From positions 3,032-67,031 of the forward strand of contig CAWCDA010000012.1 of assembly GCA_963794065.1 (NCBI GenBank): a stretch of DNA of 64,000 nt. Direction: 5' to 3'. A program made the position numbers and the translations under genes. Below, one piece after another: positions 12,359 through 20,522 of this stretch. Origin of the DNA: an uncultured Actinomycetes bacterium (lineage in GTDB: Bacteria; Actinomycetota; UBA4738; HRBIN12). Position 1 is the first letter of the stretch. Every line of letters begins with the position of its first letter. The notes beneath the pieces are model-generated. The model was not told the DNA's origin, did not search any database, and was given only the letters and a program-made list of their open reading frames with translations.

Positions 12359-12606
12359 GCCTCAGGCTCCGGCGGCGTCACGGTGTCCTCCGACTGACGG
12401 CGCTCGACGTCCAGGACCTCGGCGTCGGCGCCGGCCAGCGACCGCCCTGGAACCTGATGACCGCACGTGTAGGTGGTCACCTCGATGGTCTCGGCGCTCT
12501 GTCGGGGCTCGCTCTGGGCGTGCATCGGGTCGCGATCGAACGCGATGTCGGCGACGACGCCGATGCCACAGATCGGGCAGCGCAACTCCTCCGTTCGTTC
12601 GCTCAT
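12355..12606 (-). CDS. Small putative zinc-ribbon protein
   Basis: CPIC...YTCGH; GTGA overlap with the CDGSH gene; start 10 nt after a promoter -10 box. Confidence 0.72.
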   Translation of the reverse strand: MSERTEELRCPICGIGVVADIAFDRDPMHAQSEPRQSAETIEVTTYTCGHQVPGRSLAGADAEVLDVERRQSEDTVTPPEPEA

Positions 12607-12616
12607 CCGCTGGCGC

Positions 12617-12642
12617 CTACCCTTGCGTGAAGGGGCGCAAAC
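12617..12642 (-). promoter_or_regulatory. SigB/SigF-type promoter (probably leaderless)
   Basis: GTTT-N16-GGGTAG, ATG 10 nt downstream. Confidence 0.78.
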
Positions 12643-12645
12643 GCG

Positions 12646-13386
12646 TCAGGACTGCTCGCGCAGCTTGGCCAGGCTCTGGCTCAGGAGCCGCGAGACATGC
12701 ATCTGCGAGATGCCGATGTCCGCCGCGATCTCCGTTTGTGTCATGTCTTGAAAGAAGCGGAGGTACAGGATCCGCCGTTCTCGCGCCGACAGCAGTCGTA
12801 GCTTGGGCGCCATCGCTAGCCACTCCTCCGAGACTTCGAAGCGAGCGTCGTCGTCGCCGAGCAGGTCGCCTGTGACGGCGCCGGAGTCGCCGACCGGCTC
12901 GTCCAGCGATGCGCTTGTGTAGGCGCGTGACGCTTCGAGCGCCTCCAAGACGGCCTCCTCCGTGAGGTCGGTGCGCGCCGCAACGTCGGCGACCGTCGGG
13001 GCACGCCCGAGCTCCTGCCACAGGTCGGCCATCACACGGTTCACCTGCATGGTCGCTTCTTGCACGCTGCGCGGGACGCGAACGCCCCACCCGCGGTCGC
13101 GGAAGTACCGCTTGAGCTCCCCGACGATCGTCGCGGTGGCGAAGGTGGTGAAGCGGACCTCGCGCTCGGGATCGAATCGGTCGATGGCGTTGACCAGGCC
13201 GAGGCTCGCGACCTGCACCAGGTCGTCGTGCTGCTGCCCGCGGCCGCCGAAGCGCCGTGCGAGGTGCTCTGCCAGCGGGAGGAACCGCTCGGCCAGCTCT
13301 TCGCGCGCCGAGGGATCCGGCAGCCGTGCGAAGAGTGCCGCGATGACCGGATCCTCGGCGTCGCGGACCGTTTGGTCCGGTGTCAT
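12646..13386 (-). CDS. sigF: SigB/SigF/SigG-family RNA polymerase sigma factor
   Basis: DLVQVASLGLVNAIDRFDP, TIVGELKRYFRD..W.VRVPR, MTQTEIAADIGISQMHVSRLL. Confidence 0.93.
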   Translation of the reverse strand: MTPDQTVRDAEDPVIAALFARLPDPSAREELAERFLPLAEHLARRFGGRGQQHDDLVQVASLGLVNAIDRFDPEREVRFTTFATATIVGELKRYFRDRGWGVRVPRSVQEATMQVNRVMADLWQELGRAPTVADVAARTDLTEEAVLEALEASRAYTSASLDEPVGDSGAVTGDLLGDDDARFEVSEEWLAMAPKLRLLSARERRILYLRFFQDMTQTEIAADIGISQMHVSRLLSQSLAKLREQS

Positions 13387-13772
13387 CCCCCCGGTCCCTC
13401 GCCCACGACGAAGGCGACCTGCGCCCAGGCGTCCTCGACCGACAGCTCGGCATCGCGCGTGAGCTGGCGAATGACCCGCCAGGGCCAGGAGGTCGCGCGG
13501 TCGACGTGGAACGCCGTTCCGTCGGCATCCGTGCGGACCCGTACCTCGACGCCCGCCTCGGCGCTGGGCACGATCGACATCTCTAATCGCGATGCCCGGC
13601 CGCCGAGCAACAGGAGCGTCGCCGCCTCGTCGACCGCGATGCGGAATTCTTCGATCGCCACGACGTCCATGTCTCGGCGCGCCGCGATGCTGGCCGCGAC
13701 GGAGCGCAGCAAGGCCACGGTCTCGGCGCGGGCGGGGCCGGCGACGACGATCGGTTCTTCAGAAGAGACCAT
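13383..13772 (-). CDS. RsbW-like anti-sigma factor (degenerate kinase fold)
   Basis: LLRSVAASIA..IEEFRIAVDEAA; ATGA-coupled to the sigma gene. Confidence 0.75.
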   Translation of the reverse strand: MVSSEEPIVVAGPARAETVALLRSVAASIAARRDMDVVAIEEFRIAVDEAATLLLLGGRASRLEMSIVPSAEAGVEVRVRTDADGTAFHVDRATSWPWRVIRQLTRDAELSVEDAWAQVAFVVGEGPGG

Positions 13773-13851
13773 GTGCCTGCGTATAGTAAGAGCGCTCGCG
13801 GGGAACGCTGCGGAGGCATCCGGCGTGCGTCCGGACGAGTGGGAGGTCCGC

Positions 13852-14175
13852 GTGGAACTCGGCATCGACGTTACGACCTATCGCGGGTGGCAGGTGATCG
13901 CGGTCAGCGGCGACTTGGACCTGTACACCAGCCCGTCGCTGCGCACGAACCTGCACGAGGTCGGCGACGGCAAGATCGCGCTGGATCTGACGGACGTGAC
14001 TTTCATCGATTCGAGCGGCTTGGGGGCGGTGGTCGGCGCCTTGAAGCACGTCCGCGAGCGTGGCGGCGACTTCGCGGTGATCGCCCCGCCCGAGGGCTCG
14101 CTCACGCGACTCCTCACGCTCACTGGTCTGGATCAGATCGTCTCGCCGTTGGGCCGGCGAGAGGATCTCGCATGA
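13852..14175 (+). CDS. STAS-domain anti-anti-sigma factor (RsbV-like)
   Basis: GDLDLYT, LDLTDVTFIDSSGLG; GGAGG RBS before GTG 13852. Confidence 0.92.
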   Translation: MELGIDVTTYRGWQVIAVSGDLDLYTSPSLRTNLHEVGDGKIALDLTDVTFIDSSGLGAVVGALKHVRERGGDFAVIAPPEGSLTRLLTLTGLDQIVSPLGRREDLA

Positions 14176-14528
14176 GCGCCGAGGAAGCGGGCTACTCGCT
14201 GCGCGTGCCGTCCGATCCCGCGCTGGGGGTGACGGTGCGAACCTTCGTCCGCTCGAGCGGGGCCGCGCTGGGTCTGCCGGAGGTGGATGTGGAGACGCTG
14301 AGCCTGGCGGCCACGGAGCTGCTTGCGAACGCCGTCGAGGCGCGCGAGCCGACGTTGGAGCTGACCCTGGCCGCCACCGAGGGACGCTGGACCCTACGGG
14401 CGACGGGCGTCGGCCCGATCCGTTCGATCGTCGGCGAGGAGATCGATCGTCGAGCGCTGCTGTCGGGTCTGGGCGACATCCAGGTCGATCCCACCGGAGG
14501 CTTCCAGCTGTCCTCCGTGCCCGACTAG
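14172..14528 (+). CDS. HATPase_c-like anti-sigma protein
   Basis: LAATELLANA N-box; ATGA overlap with the STAS gene. Confidence 0.75.
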   Translation: MSAEEAGYSLRVPSDPALGVTVRTFVRSSGAALGLPEVDVETLSLAATELLANAVEAREPTLELTLAATEGRWTLRATGVGPIRSIVGEEIDRRALLSGLGDIQVDPTGGFQLSSVPD

Positions 14529-14568
14529 TCGTTCCCGTTGCGCAAGCACCTCGATCCATCGAGCCTCT

Positions 14569-14593
14569 CTACCCACGCTTAGACGCAGGAAAC
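14569..14593 (-). promoter_or_regulatory. SigB/SigF-type promoter antisense to STAS/HATPase genes, pointing at rsbW-sigF
   Basis: GTTT-N15-GGGTAG on the minus strand. Confidence 0.6.
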
Positions 14594-14595
14594 CC

Positions 14596-14621
14596 GTTTG
14601 GGCTCGGGTGCAGCGGGGAAC
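14596..14621 (+). promoter_or_regulatory. SigB/SigF-type promoter
   Basis: GTTT-N16-GGGAAC upstream of the 14677 gene and otsA. Confidence 0.65.
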
Positions 14622-14676
14622 ACCTCCCCTCGACGGATGCCGGTCATGTGTCGGCGCCCACGAGGGGGAATGCGTC

Positions 14677-15042
14677 ATGGAAGCAGCGGAGATCTTGCGG
14701 CCCAGCGGATCACTGTCTGCGAGCGAGCCCGGTGGCCGCCCGCGAACGGCAAGGTTCCGCCCGGGTCGCGTCTGTGCCGCCGACGGGTGCGCAACAGTGC
14801 TGTCGTCCTACAATCCCGATGAATGCTGTTGGATCCATACGGAGCCTCGTCCGAAGATCGCGCTCGGCCGGCGGCCAGCCGAGGTCGAGGGGCCTCGTGT
14901 CCTGTCGCCCCCGGAGGAGCTCGGGCTGATCAAGTCCCTCGTCGGGTCTCGCCGTGGACGTCACCCGGAGCCGGCGCCCGAGCCCACGCCCGCGCCGCCG
15001 GCCCCACCCCAGCCGAGCCCGCAGCCCGTGCCTATGTCGTGA
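14677..15042 (+). CDS. Hypothetical protein with Cys/His motif and Pro-rich tail
   Basis: GAGGGGG RBS; RVCAADGCATVLSSYNPDECCWIH. Confidence 0.65.
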   Translation: MEAAEILRPSGSLSASEPGGRPRTARFRPGRVCAADGCATVLSSYNPDECCWIHTEPRPKIALGRRPAEVEGPRVLSPPEELGLIKSLVGSRRGRHPEPAPEPTPAPPAPPQPSPQPVPMS

Positions 15043-15079
15043 GCGAAGTGGGTGAGGAGGGGCACCGGCTCGCGCGAGC

Positions 15080-16630
15080 GTGCGCCGACCGATGGTGATC
15101 GCGGCGCTCGAGTCACCATTGGTGGTGGCCTCGAATCGCGGGCCCATCTCCTTCGACACCGAGCACGGTCGGCTGGTCGCCCGGCGGGGCTCGGGTGGCC
15201 TCGTCACGGCTCTTGCCGGGGTGCTCTTCGAAAGCGACGCGACGTGGGTCGCCGCGGCGATGAGCGACGGCGATCGCCAGGTGGCGGCCGCGGGAGAGCG
15301 CGTACCCGTCGAACCCGCCGGCCATGCGGCGTTCGTCGACATCCCCGAGGAGATGTACGAGGGGTATTACCAGGGACTGTCGAACCGGGTCTTGTGGCAG
15401 CTGCATCACTACCTCTTCGACCTCTCGTATCTCCCCAGCTGGGATGCGGGCACCGGTCGCATCTGGGATGACTACCGTGAGGTGAATCGACGTTTCGCCG
15501 AGGCGCTCGCGAAGGAGGGTTCGCGCGACCCGGTGTTCCTGGTGCAGGACTACCACCTGTCGCTCGTGCCGAGGCTCCTGCGCGAGCTGCAGCCGGACGC
15601 GCGGATCACGCACTTCACGCACACGCCGTTCGCCTCCCCCTCGTACCTTCGCGTGCTCCCCGGCGCGATGCGCGACGAGCTGCTGCGCGGCATGCTCGGC
15701 GCCGACGTGCTCGGCTTCCAGGCGGAGCAATGGGCCGAGAACTTCCTCCTCGGCGCGCGCGACACGCTGCGCGACGCCCGGGTGGACGTCCGGCGTCGTC
15801 GTGTGCACTTCGAGGGCCGCACCGTGCTCGTGCGCGCCTACCCGGTCTCGCTGGATCCCGCCCCGCTTCGCGCGACGGCCAGCGATCCCGAGGTCGTCGC
15901 GATCCGCGGCGAGCTCGAGGAGCTGCGCGGGGACCGGCATCTGTTGGTGCGTGTCGATCGGCTCGATCTGTCGAAGAACATCGTGCGTGGCTTCGAGGCC
16001 TTCAGCGTGTTCCTGGAGGAGCACCCAGAGTGGCACGAGCGCGTGATCTTCCTTGCGCTGCTGCCTCGGTCGCGTTCGGAGATGGAGGAGTACCGCGCGT
16101 ACGGGGACCGGTGCCTCGAGATGGCCACGTCCATCAACGACACCTTCGGCACGTCCACCTGGACCCCGGTGCACGTGCGCACCGACGAGAGCTACGCACG
16201 AGCGGTCGCCGCCTATGGCATCTACGACGTCTTGTTCGTGAACCCGATCTTCGACGGGATGAATCTCGTGGCGATGGAAGGACCGCTCGTCAACCGGCGG
16301 CAGGGGGCGCTCGTCCTGTCGCGCAACGCGGGTGCGTTCGCACGGCTCGGACGACACGCGATCGCCGTGAATCCGTTCGATGTGGGCGAGACCGCGGCGG
16401 CGATCGCGACGGCGCTGGAGCTCCCCCGCGACGACCGCGTGCGGCGGAGCCGCGGGCTCGTCCGCGCGGTCCTCGCGCGCAACCCGGTGCGTTGGCTCAC
16501 GACGCAGCTTCGGGATCTCGATGCGTCGGTGGCGATGCGGGGGTCACAGACCGGCCAGGATCGCGAGGAGGCCCTCCGGGCCCTCGACGCTGAGATCGGC
16601 CGCGGCGAGGAGGGAGTCGGGGGTCTCTGA
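15080..16630 (+). CDS. otsA: GT20 trehalose-6-phosphate synthase (glucosylglycerol-phosphate synthase not excluded)
   Basis: VASNRGP, SGGLV, VQDYHL, RVDRLDLSKN, DGMNLVA. Confidence 0.88.
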   Translation: MRRPMVIAALESPLVVASNRGPISFDTEHGRLVARRGSGGLVTALAGVLFESDATWVAAAMSDGDRQVAAAGERVPVEPAGHAAFVDIPEEMYEGYYQGLSNRVLWQLHHYLFDLSYLPSWDAGTGRIWDDYREVNRRFAEALAKEGSRDPVFLVQDYHLSLVPRLLRELQPDARITHFTHTPFASPSYLRVLPGAMRDELLRGMLGADVLGFQAEQWAENFLLGARDTLRDARVDVRRRRVHFEGRTVLVRAYPVSLDPAPLRATASDPEVVAIRGELEELRGDRHLLVRVDRLDLSKNIVRGFEAFSVFLEEHPEWHERVIFLALLPRSRSEMEEYRAYGDRCLEMATSINDTFGTSTWTPVHVRTDESYARAVAAYGIYDVLFVNPIFDGMNLVAMEGPLVNRRQGALVLSRNAGAFARLGRHAIAVNPFDVGETAAAIATALELPRDDRVRRSRGLVRAVLARNPVRWLTTQLRDLDASVAMRGSQTGQDREEALRALDAEIGRGEEGVGGL

Positions 16631-17263
16631 GCTTCGCACGGCGATCCGCAGGACCGGGACGCCGTGGTCGCGGAGGGGCTCGAGTGCCGCGAAGGCATCG
16701 GCGTCCTCCAGATCGTCGCCCGCATACAGTGCGGCCTCCGGCGTATGGCGATCGAGGATCTGCGTGACGGCGCCGCCCTTGCGCGGGCCGGGCCGCGCGA
16801 TCTCGATCACGCGCTTCCCGGCGAACGACACGAGGTCGTTGTCCGCGGCGATGGTCCGCAGCGCCTCTTCGACCGCCGCGATCGCCGCAGCGTCGTCCAC
16901 GCCGCGAACATGCACCGCGACGCTGACCCGTTTGTCCTCGACGGTCGCGCCGGGCACCGCGGCAGCCGCCGCCGTCACCGCACGGAGCACCCCATCGTCC
17001 AGCGGCGGCGCAGCCTCGGCGCCGTAGACCCCGATCACCTCGAGCGCGGGCACCGGCAGGACCCGACGGACGAACGAGGCCGGGCGCCCGGTGATCACCG
17101 CGACCACACGCGCCCGCTGCGCGAGCGAGGCGAGCGTCGCGGCGGCGGCGGGAAGCGGCGCGGCGTCCTCCGGACGGGGCACGATCGGTGCGAGCGTGCC
17201 GTCGAAGTCGAGCAGGATCGCCGCCCCGCCCAGACGCGCGCGGAGCTCCTCGAGGGTGCCCAT
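16544..17263 (-). CDS. otsB: Trehalose-6-phosphate phosphatase
   Basis: LDFDGTLAPIV HAD motif I, VITGR, EDK..S.AVH, KG, YAGDD..D. Confidence 0.88.
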   Translation of the reverse strand: MGTLEELRARLGGAAILLDFDGTLAPIVPRPEDAAPLPAAAATLASLAQRARVVAVITGRPASFVRRVLPVPALEVIGVYGAEAAPPLDDGVLRAVTAAAAAVPGATVEDKRVSVAVHVRGVDDAAAIAAVEEALRTIAADNDLVSFAGKRVIEIARPGPRKGGAVTQILDRHTPEAALYAGDDLEDADAFAALEPLRDHGVPVLRIAVRSSETPDSLLAAADLSVEGPEGLLAILAGL

Positions 17264-19101
17264 CACGGGTCTCGGCGTACGGAGGTGCGTGGCCGCAGGC
17301 GACGGCGCGGCGGCTTGCGCCGGCGCTCCGCCGGACCGATGTGCCCACGCGTCAGGTTGCGGGCGGTGCCGATCAGCGACACGTGCGAGAACGCCTGCGG
17401 GAAGTTGCCGACGAGGCGCTCCCGCCGCGTGTCGTACTCCTCCGAGAGCAGCCCGACGTCGTTCCGGATAGCCAGGACGCGCTCGAAGAGCGCCCGCGCC
17501 TCGAGATCTCTGCCCTGCAGCGCCAGGCAGTCGGCCAGCCAACAGGTACACGGCAGGAACGCTCCCTCGCCGCCGGGCAGACCGTCGATGCCCGTCTCGG
17601 TGTCGTAGCGTCGGACGAACCCATCGACCATCAACTCCCGCTGGATCGCCTCGATCGTGCCCGCCACCCGGCCGTCTTCGATCGGGAGGAACCCGACGAG
17701 CGGCATCATCAGAGCCGACGCGTCCAAGGACCGATCGCCGTAGGTCTGCGTGAAGGCGCCCAGCGAGTCGTCGAAACCCTCTCGGCAGATCTCGTCGTGC
17801 ATCTCGGCGCGGAGCGCTCGCCAGCGGTCCACCGGCCCCTCGAAGCCGAACACCTCCACGTCGCGGATCGCGCGATCGACCCCGACCCAGGCCATCACCT
17901 TCGAGTGGACGAACTGCTGCCGACCGCCCCGCACCTCCCAGATGCCTTCGTCGGGCTCCCGCCAGCGGGATTCGAGCGCGTCGAGCATGCGGGTCTCGAT
18001 GTCCCACGCGGCGCTCTCGTGCGGCAGTCCTTCGCGCGCCGCCTGATGCAGGAGGTCGAGGACCTCCCCGTAGACATCGAGTTGGAACTGCGCCGACGCG
18101 TCGTTGCCGACGCGCACCGGCCCCGAATCGTCGTACCCCGGCAGCCACGGAAGGACGGACTCCGGGCATCGTCGCTCGCCGGCGAGACCGTAGAGGATCC
18201 GGAGGTCGTGGGGGTCGCCCGCGACCGCGCGCAGGAGCCATTCGCGCCATGCCTCCGCCTCCTCGACGTAGCCCGCCATCAATAGGCTGTAGAGGGTGAA
18301 GGTCGCGTCGCGGAGCCAGCAGAAGCGGTAGTCCCAGTTGCGCGGGCCCCCGAGCTGCTCGGGCAGCGACGTGGTCGGCGCCGCGACGATGCCGCCCGTG
18401 GGCCGATACGTCAGCGCCTTGAGCGTGATGAGCGAGCGCACGACCGGATCGCGCCACTCTCCCTGGTACGTGCATCGAGCCACCCACGCGGTCCAGTAGC
18501 GCACGGTGCTGCGCAGGGCGGCCCACGCGTCGATCCGTGCCGTCACGGGCTGGTGCGACGGGTGCCACGTTAGCGTGAACGCCAGACGGTCGCCTGCCCC
18601 GACCACGAACCGCGACGACACGATCCCCGTGACGACGTCGAGCGGCACGTCGCTGTAGAGATCGACCGCGTCGGGGCCGGCGACGGCGGTGATGTGGCGG
18701 CGGCCCGGTCGCAACCACGGGACCGCGAGGCCGTAGTCGAAGCGCAGGCGAAGGGCCGTGTGCATCGGAACCGCGCCACGGATCCCTTCGACCGTGCGTA
18801 CCACGCGTGCCTGGCCGTGACGGGGGGTCATGAAATCCGTGACGCGGACCTCGCCCTCGGGTGTGCGATGGTCTGTTTCCAGGACGAGCGTGTCGGGGCG
18901 ATACCGGCGCCGCGCCGCTCTGCTCTCGCCCTCGGGCGCGAGCTCCCAGCTGCCGTGATCGACCTCGCCGAGCAGCGACGCGAAGCAGGCGCCGGAGTCG
19001 AACCGCGGGAGGCAGAGCCAGTCGATGGATCCGGCACGGCTCACCAGGCCCGCCGTGTGGGTGTCACCGATCAGTGCATAGTCTTCCAGCGGAAGCGACA
19101 T
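17263..19101 (-). CDS. Glycoside hydrolase family 15 (trehalase-like)
   Basis: DYALIGD, AAPTTSLPE..GGPRNWDYR, QLDVYGE, LLSEEYD..GNFPQAFSH. Confidence 0.94.
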   Translation of the reverse strand: MSLPLEDYALIGDTHTAGLVSRAGSIDWLCLPRFDSGACFASLLGEVDHGSWELAPEGESRAARRRYRPDTLVLETDHRTPEGEVRVTDFMTPRHGQARVVRTVEGIRGAVPMHTALRLRFDYGLAVPWLRPGRRHITAVAGPDAVDLYSDVPLDVVTGIVSSRFVVGAGDRLAFTLTWHPSHQPVTARIDAWAALRSTVRYWTAWVARCTYQGEWRDPVVRSLITLKALTYRPTGGIVAAPTTSLPEQLGGPRNWDYRFCWLRDATFTLYSLLMAGYVEEAEAWREWLLRAVAGDPHDLRILYGLAGERRCPESVLPWLPGYDDSGPVRVGNDASAQFQLDVYGEVLDLLHQAAREGLPHESAAWDIETRMLDALESRWREPDEGIWEVRGGRQQFVHSKVMAWVGVDRAIRDVEVFGFEGPVDRWRALRAEMHDEICREGFDDSLGAFTQTYGDRSLDASALMMPLVGFLPIEDGRVAGTIEAIQRELMVDGFVRRYDTETGIDGLPGGEGAFLPCTCWLADCLALQGRDLEARALFERVLAIRNDVGLLSEEYDTRRERLVGNFPQAFSHVSLIGTARNLTRGHIGPAERRRKPPRRRLRPRTSVRRDP

Positions 19102-19113
19102 AGAGCTCCCAGG

Positions 19114-19287
19114 CTAGCCGAAGATGCTCACGCCTCCCGGACCCACGAGGAGACCGACGACGATCAAGATGATGCCGAAGAGTATGCCCCCTCGCACGAT
19201 CGTGACGATACCCGCGATGACCAGCACCGCGGCGATGATCCACAGGAGCGTGGCGGTCGCACCGTGTACGGCTGCGATCAGTTCCAT
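19114..19287 (-). CDS. GPGG-motif small membrane protein
   Basis: LLWIIAAVLVIAGIV...GLLVGPGGVSIF; AAAGGA RBS. Confidence 0.85.
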   Translation of the reverse strand: MELIAAVHGATATLLWIIAAVLVIAGIVTIVRGGILFGIILIVVGLLVGPGGVSIFG

Positions 19288-19325
19288 GGGCGATCCTTTC
19301 TGAAAAGGGGCGCGAGCCCCGAGGC

Positions 19326-19529
19326 TCACATCGAAACAGCGACGGATGGGCGGAGGATCCGCACGTTGGGCTCCGCGCGGCCCGCCTCGAAGATCCGGCC
19401 GGGGCCGACCAACACGACGCCGTCCTCGACCCGGCGTGCGGATGAGCGCCCGCAGGCGCAGAACGCCCGATCTCGCGTGACGTATCGCACGTCATCGCAC
19501 GCGAGGCAATGCATGAGATGGGCGTTCAC
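19326..19529 (-). CDS. 67-aa putative zinc-ribbon protein
   Basis: HCLACDD...FCACGRS; GTG overlaps the CBS stop (GTGA). Confidence 0.65.
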   Translation of the reverse strand: MNAHLMHCLACDDVRYVTRDRAFCACGRSSARRVEDGVVLVGPGRIFEAGRAEPNVRILRPSVAVSM

Positions 19530-19975
19530 GACGCACCTTCGGTGGTTGCCGGCGACTCGGTGATCTCGCGCACGGTCTCCCCGACATCTTGCATCGACGG
19601 AGTCGACTGGGCGATGTCGCCGAGGGAGATCACGCTGACGAATGCGTCGTTCTCGGTGACGATCAGCCGCTTCACCTGGTGCGCCGCCATCAGCTGGCGG
19701 GCCTCGTCGACCGTGGCGTCGGGGGAAATCGTGTGCAGCGATCGCCGTGTTGCGATCTCGCTCAACGGGACCGTCATCGGGTCGCGGCGGTCGGCCAGGA
19801 CCCGAACGACGAGGTCTCGGTCGGTGACGAGTCCGACCACCGCACCGTCGCCCTCGACGATCGGGACGACCCCGATATCGTAGGACGCCATCAGCCCGGC
19901 CGCGTTCGTCGCGTCCATGTCCGGGCCCGCGGTCTTCGGCTCTTTCGCCATCACGTCTCGCACCTGTGTCGTCAT
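19526..19975 (-). CDS. CBS-domain protein
   Basis: VRDVM, DIGVVPI, GLVTDRDLVVR, QVKRL, ISLGDI. Confidence 0.92.
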   Translation of the reverse strand: MTTQVRDVMAKEPKTAGPDMDATNAAGLMASYDIGVVPIVEGDGAVVGLVTDRDLVVRVLADRRDPMTVPLSEIATRRSLHTISPDATVDEARQLMAAHQVKRLIVTENDAFVSVISLGDIAQSTPSMQDVGETVREITESPATTEGAS

Positions 19976-19985
19976 GCGAGGGTGG

Positions 19986-20039
19986 ATACCCGCGACCCGA
20001 ACGCTCCAAACCGTGTTTCCGTCGCCGCCGTCGGGGAAT
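19986..20039. promoter_or_regulatory. Back-to-back SigB/SigF-type promoters
   Basis: Minus GTTT-N16-GGGTAT (20011-19986), ATG 10 nt downstream; plus GTTT-N15-GGGAAT (20015-20039), GTG 9 nt downstream. Confidence 0.8.
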
Positions 20040-20048
20040 CCTGACGCG

Positions 20049-20522
20049 GTGGGCGAGACGGAGAAGGAGCGGGTCGACCGAGAGCTGATCGAGCTGCTGA
20101 ACGAGCTGCGCGTCGCGCTGCCGGGCGTCCAGGTGCTCTTCGCCTTCCTGTTGACGATCCCGTTCTCGAGCCGGTTCTCCTCGCTGACCGACGTGCAGGA
20201 CGCGATCTACTTCGCCATCTTCGTGGTGACCCTTCTAGCCTCGGCGTTCCTCATGGCGCCCTCCGCGTACCATCGGCTGCGGTTCCGACAGGGCGACAAG
20301 GAGCGACTGCTCGCCTCGGCGAACCGCTTCGCGATCGCGGGTTTGGTGATGCTCGCCCTGGCGCTCGGCGGGGCGTCGCTGTTGGTGGCTGACCTGCTGT
20401 ACGGCGAGACCGCGGCCTGGATCGCGGTCGCATGCACCCTCGCGGTGTTGGTGTGGTGCTGGTTCGGGCTGCCGCTGGGGCGCATGGCGCGGGGAGGCGC
20501 CGAGCTCAATGCTCGCCGATGA
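20049..20522 (+). CDS. DUF6328-like membrane protein
   Basis: ELLNELRVALPGVQVLFAFLLTIPF, APSAYHR. Confidence 0.85.
   Translation: MGETEKERVDRELIELLNELRVALPGVQVLFAFLLTIPFSSRFSSLTDVQDAIYFAIFVVTLLASAFLMAPSAYHRLRFRQGDKERLLASANRFAIAGLVMLALALGGASLLVADLLYGETAAWIAVACTLAVLVWCWFGLPLGRMARGGAELNARR

Noticed and set aside
16544-18718. 724-aa ORF suggesting a long OtsB fusion
   Set aside because: The N-terminal part is an off-frame reading of the GH15 gene; OtsB motifs start after ATG 17263
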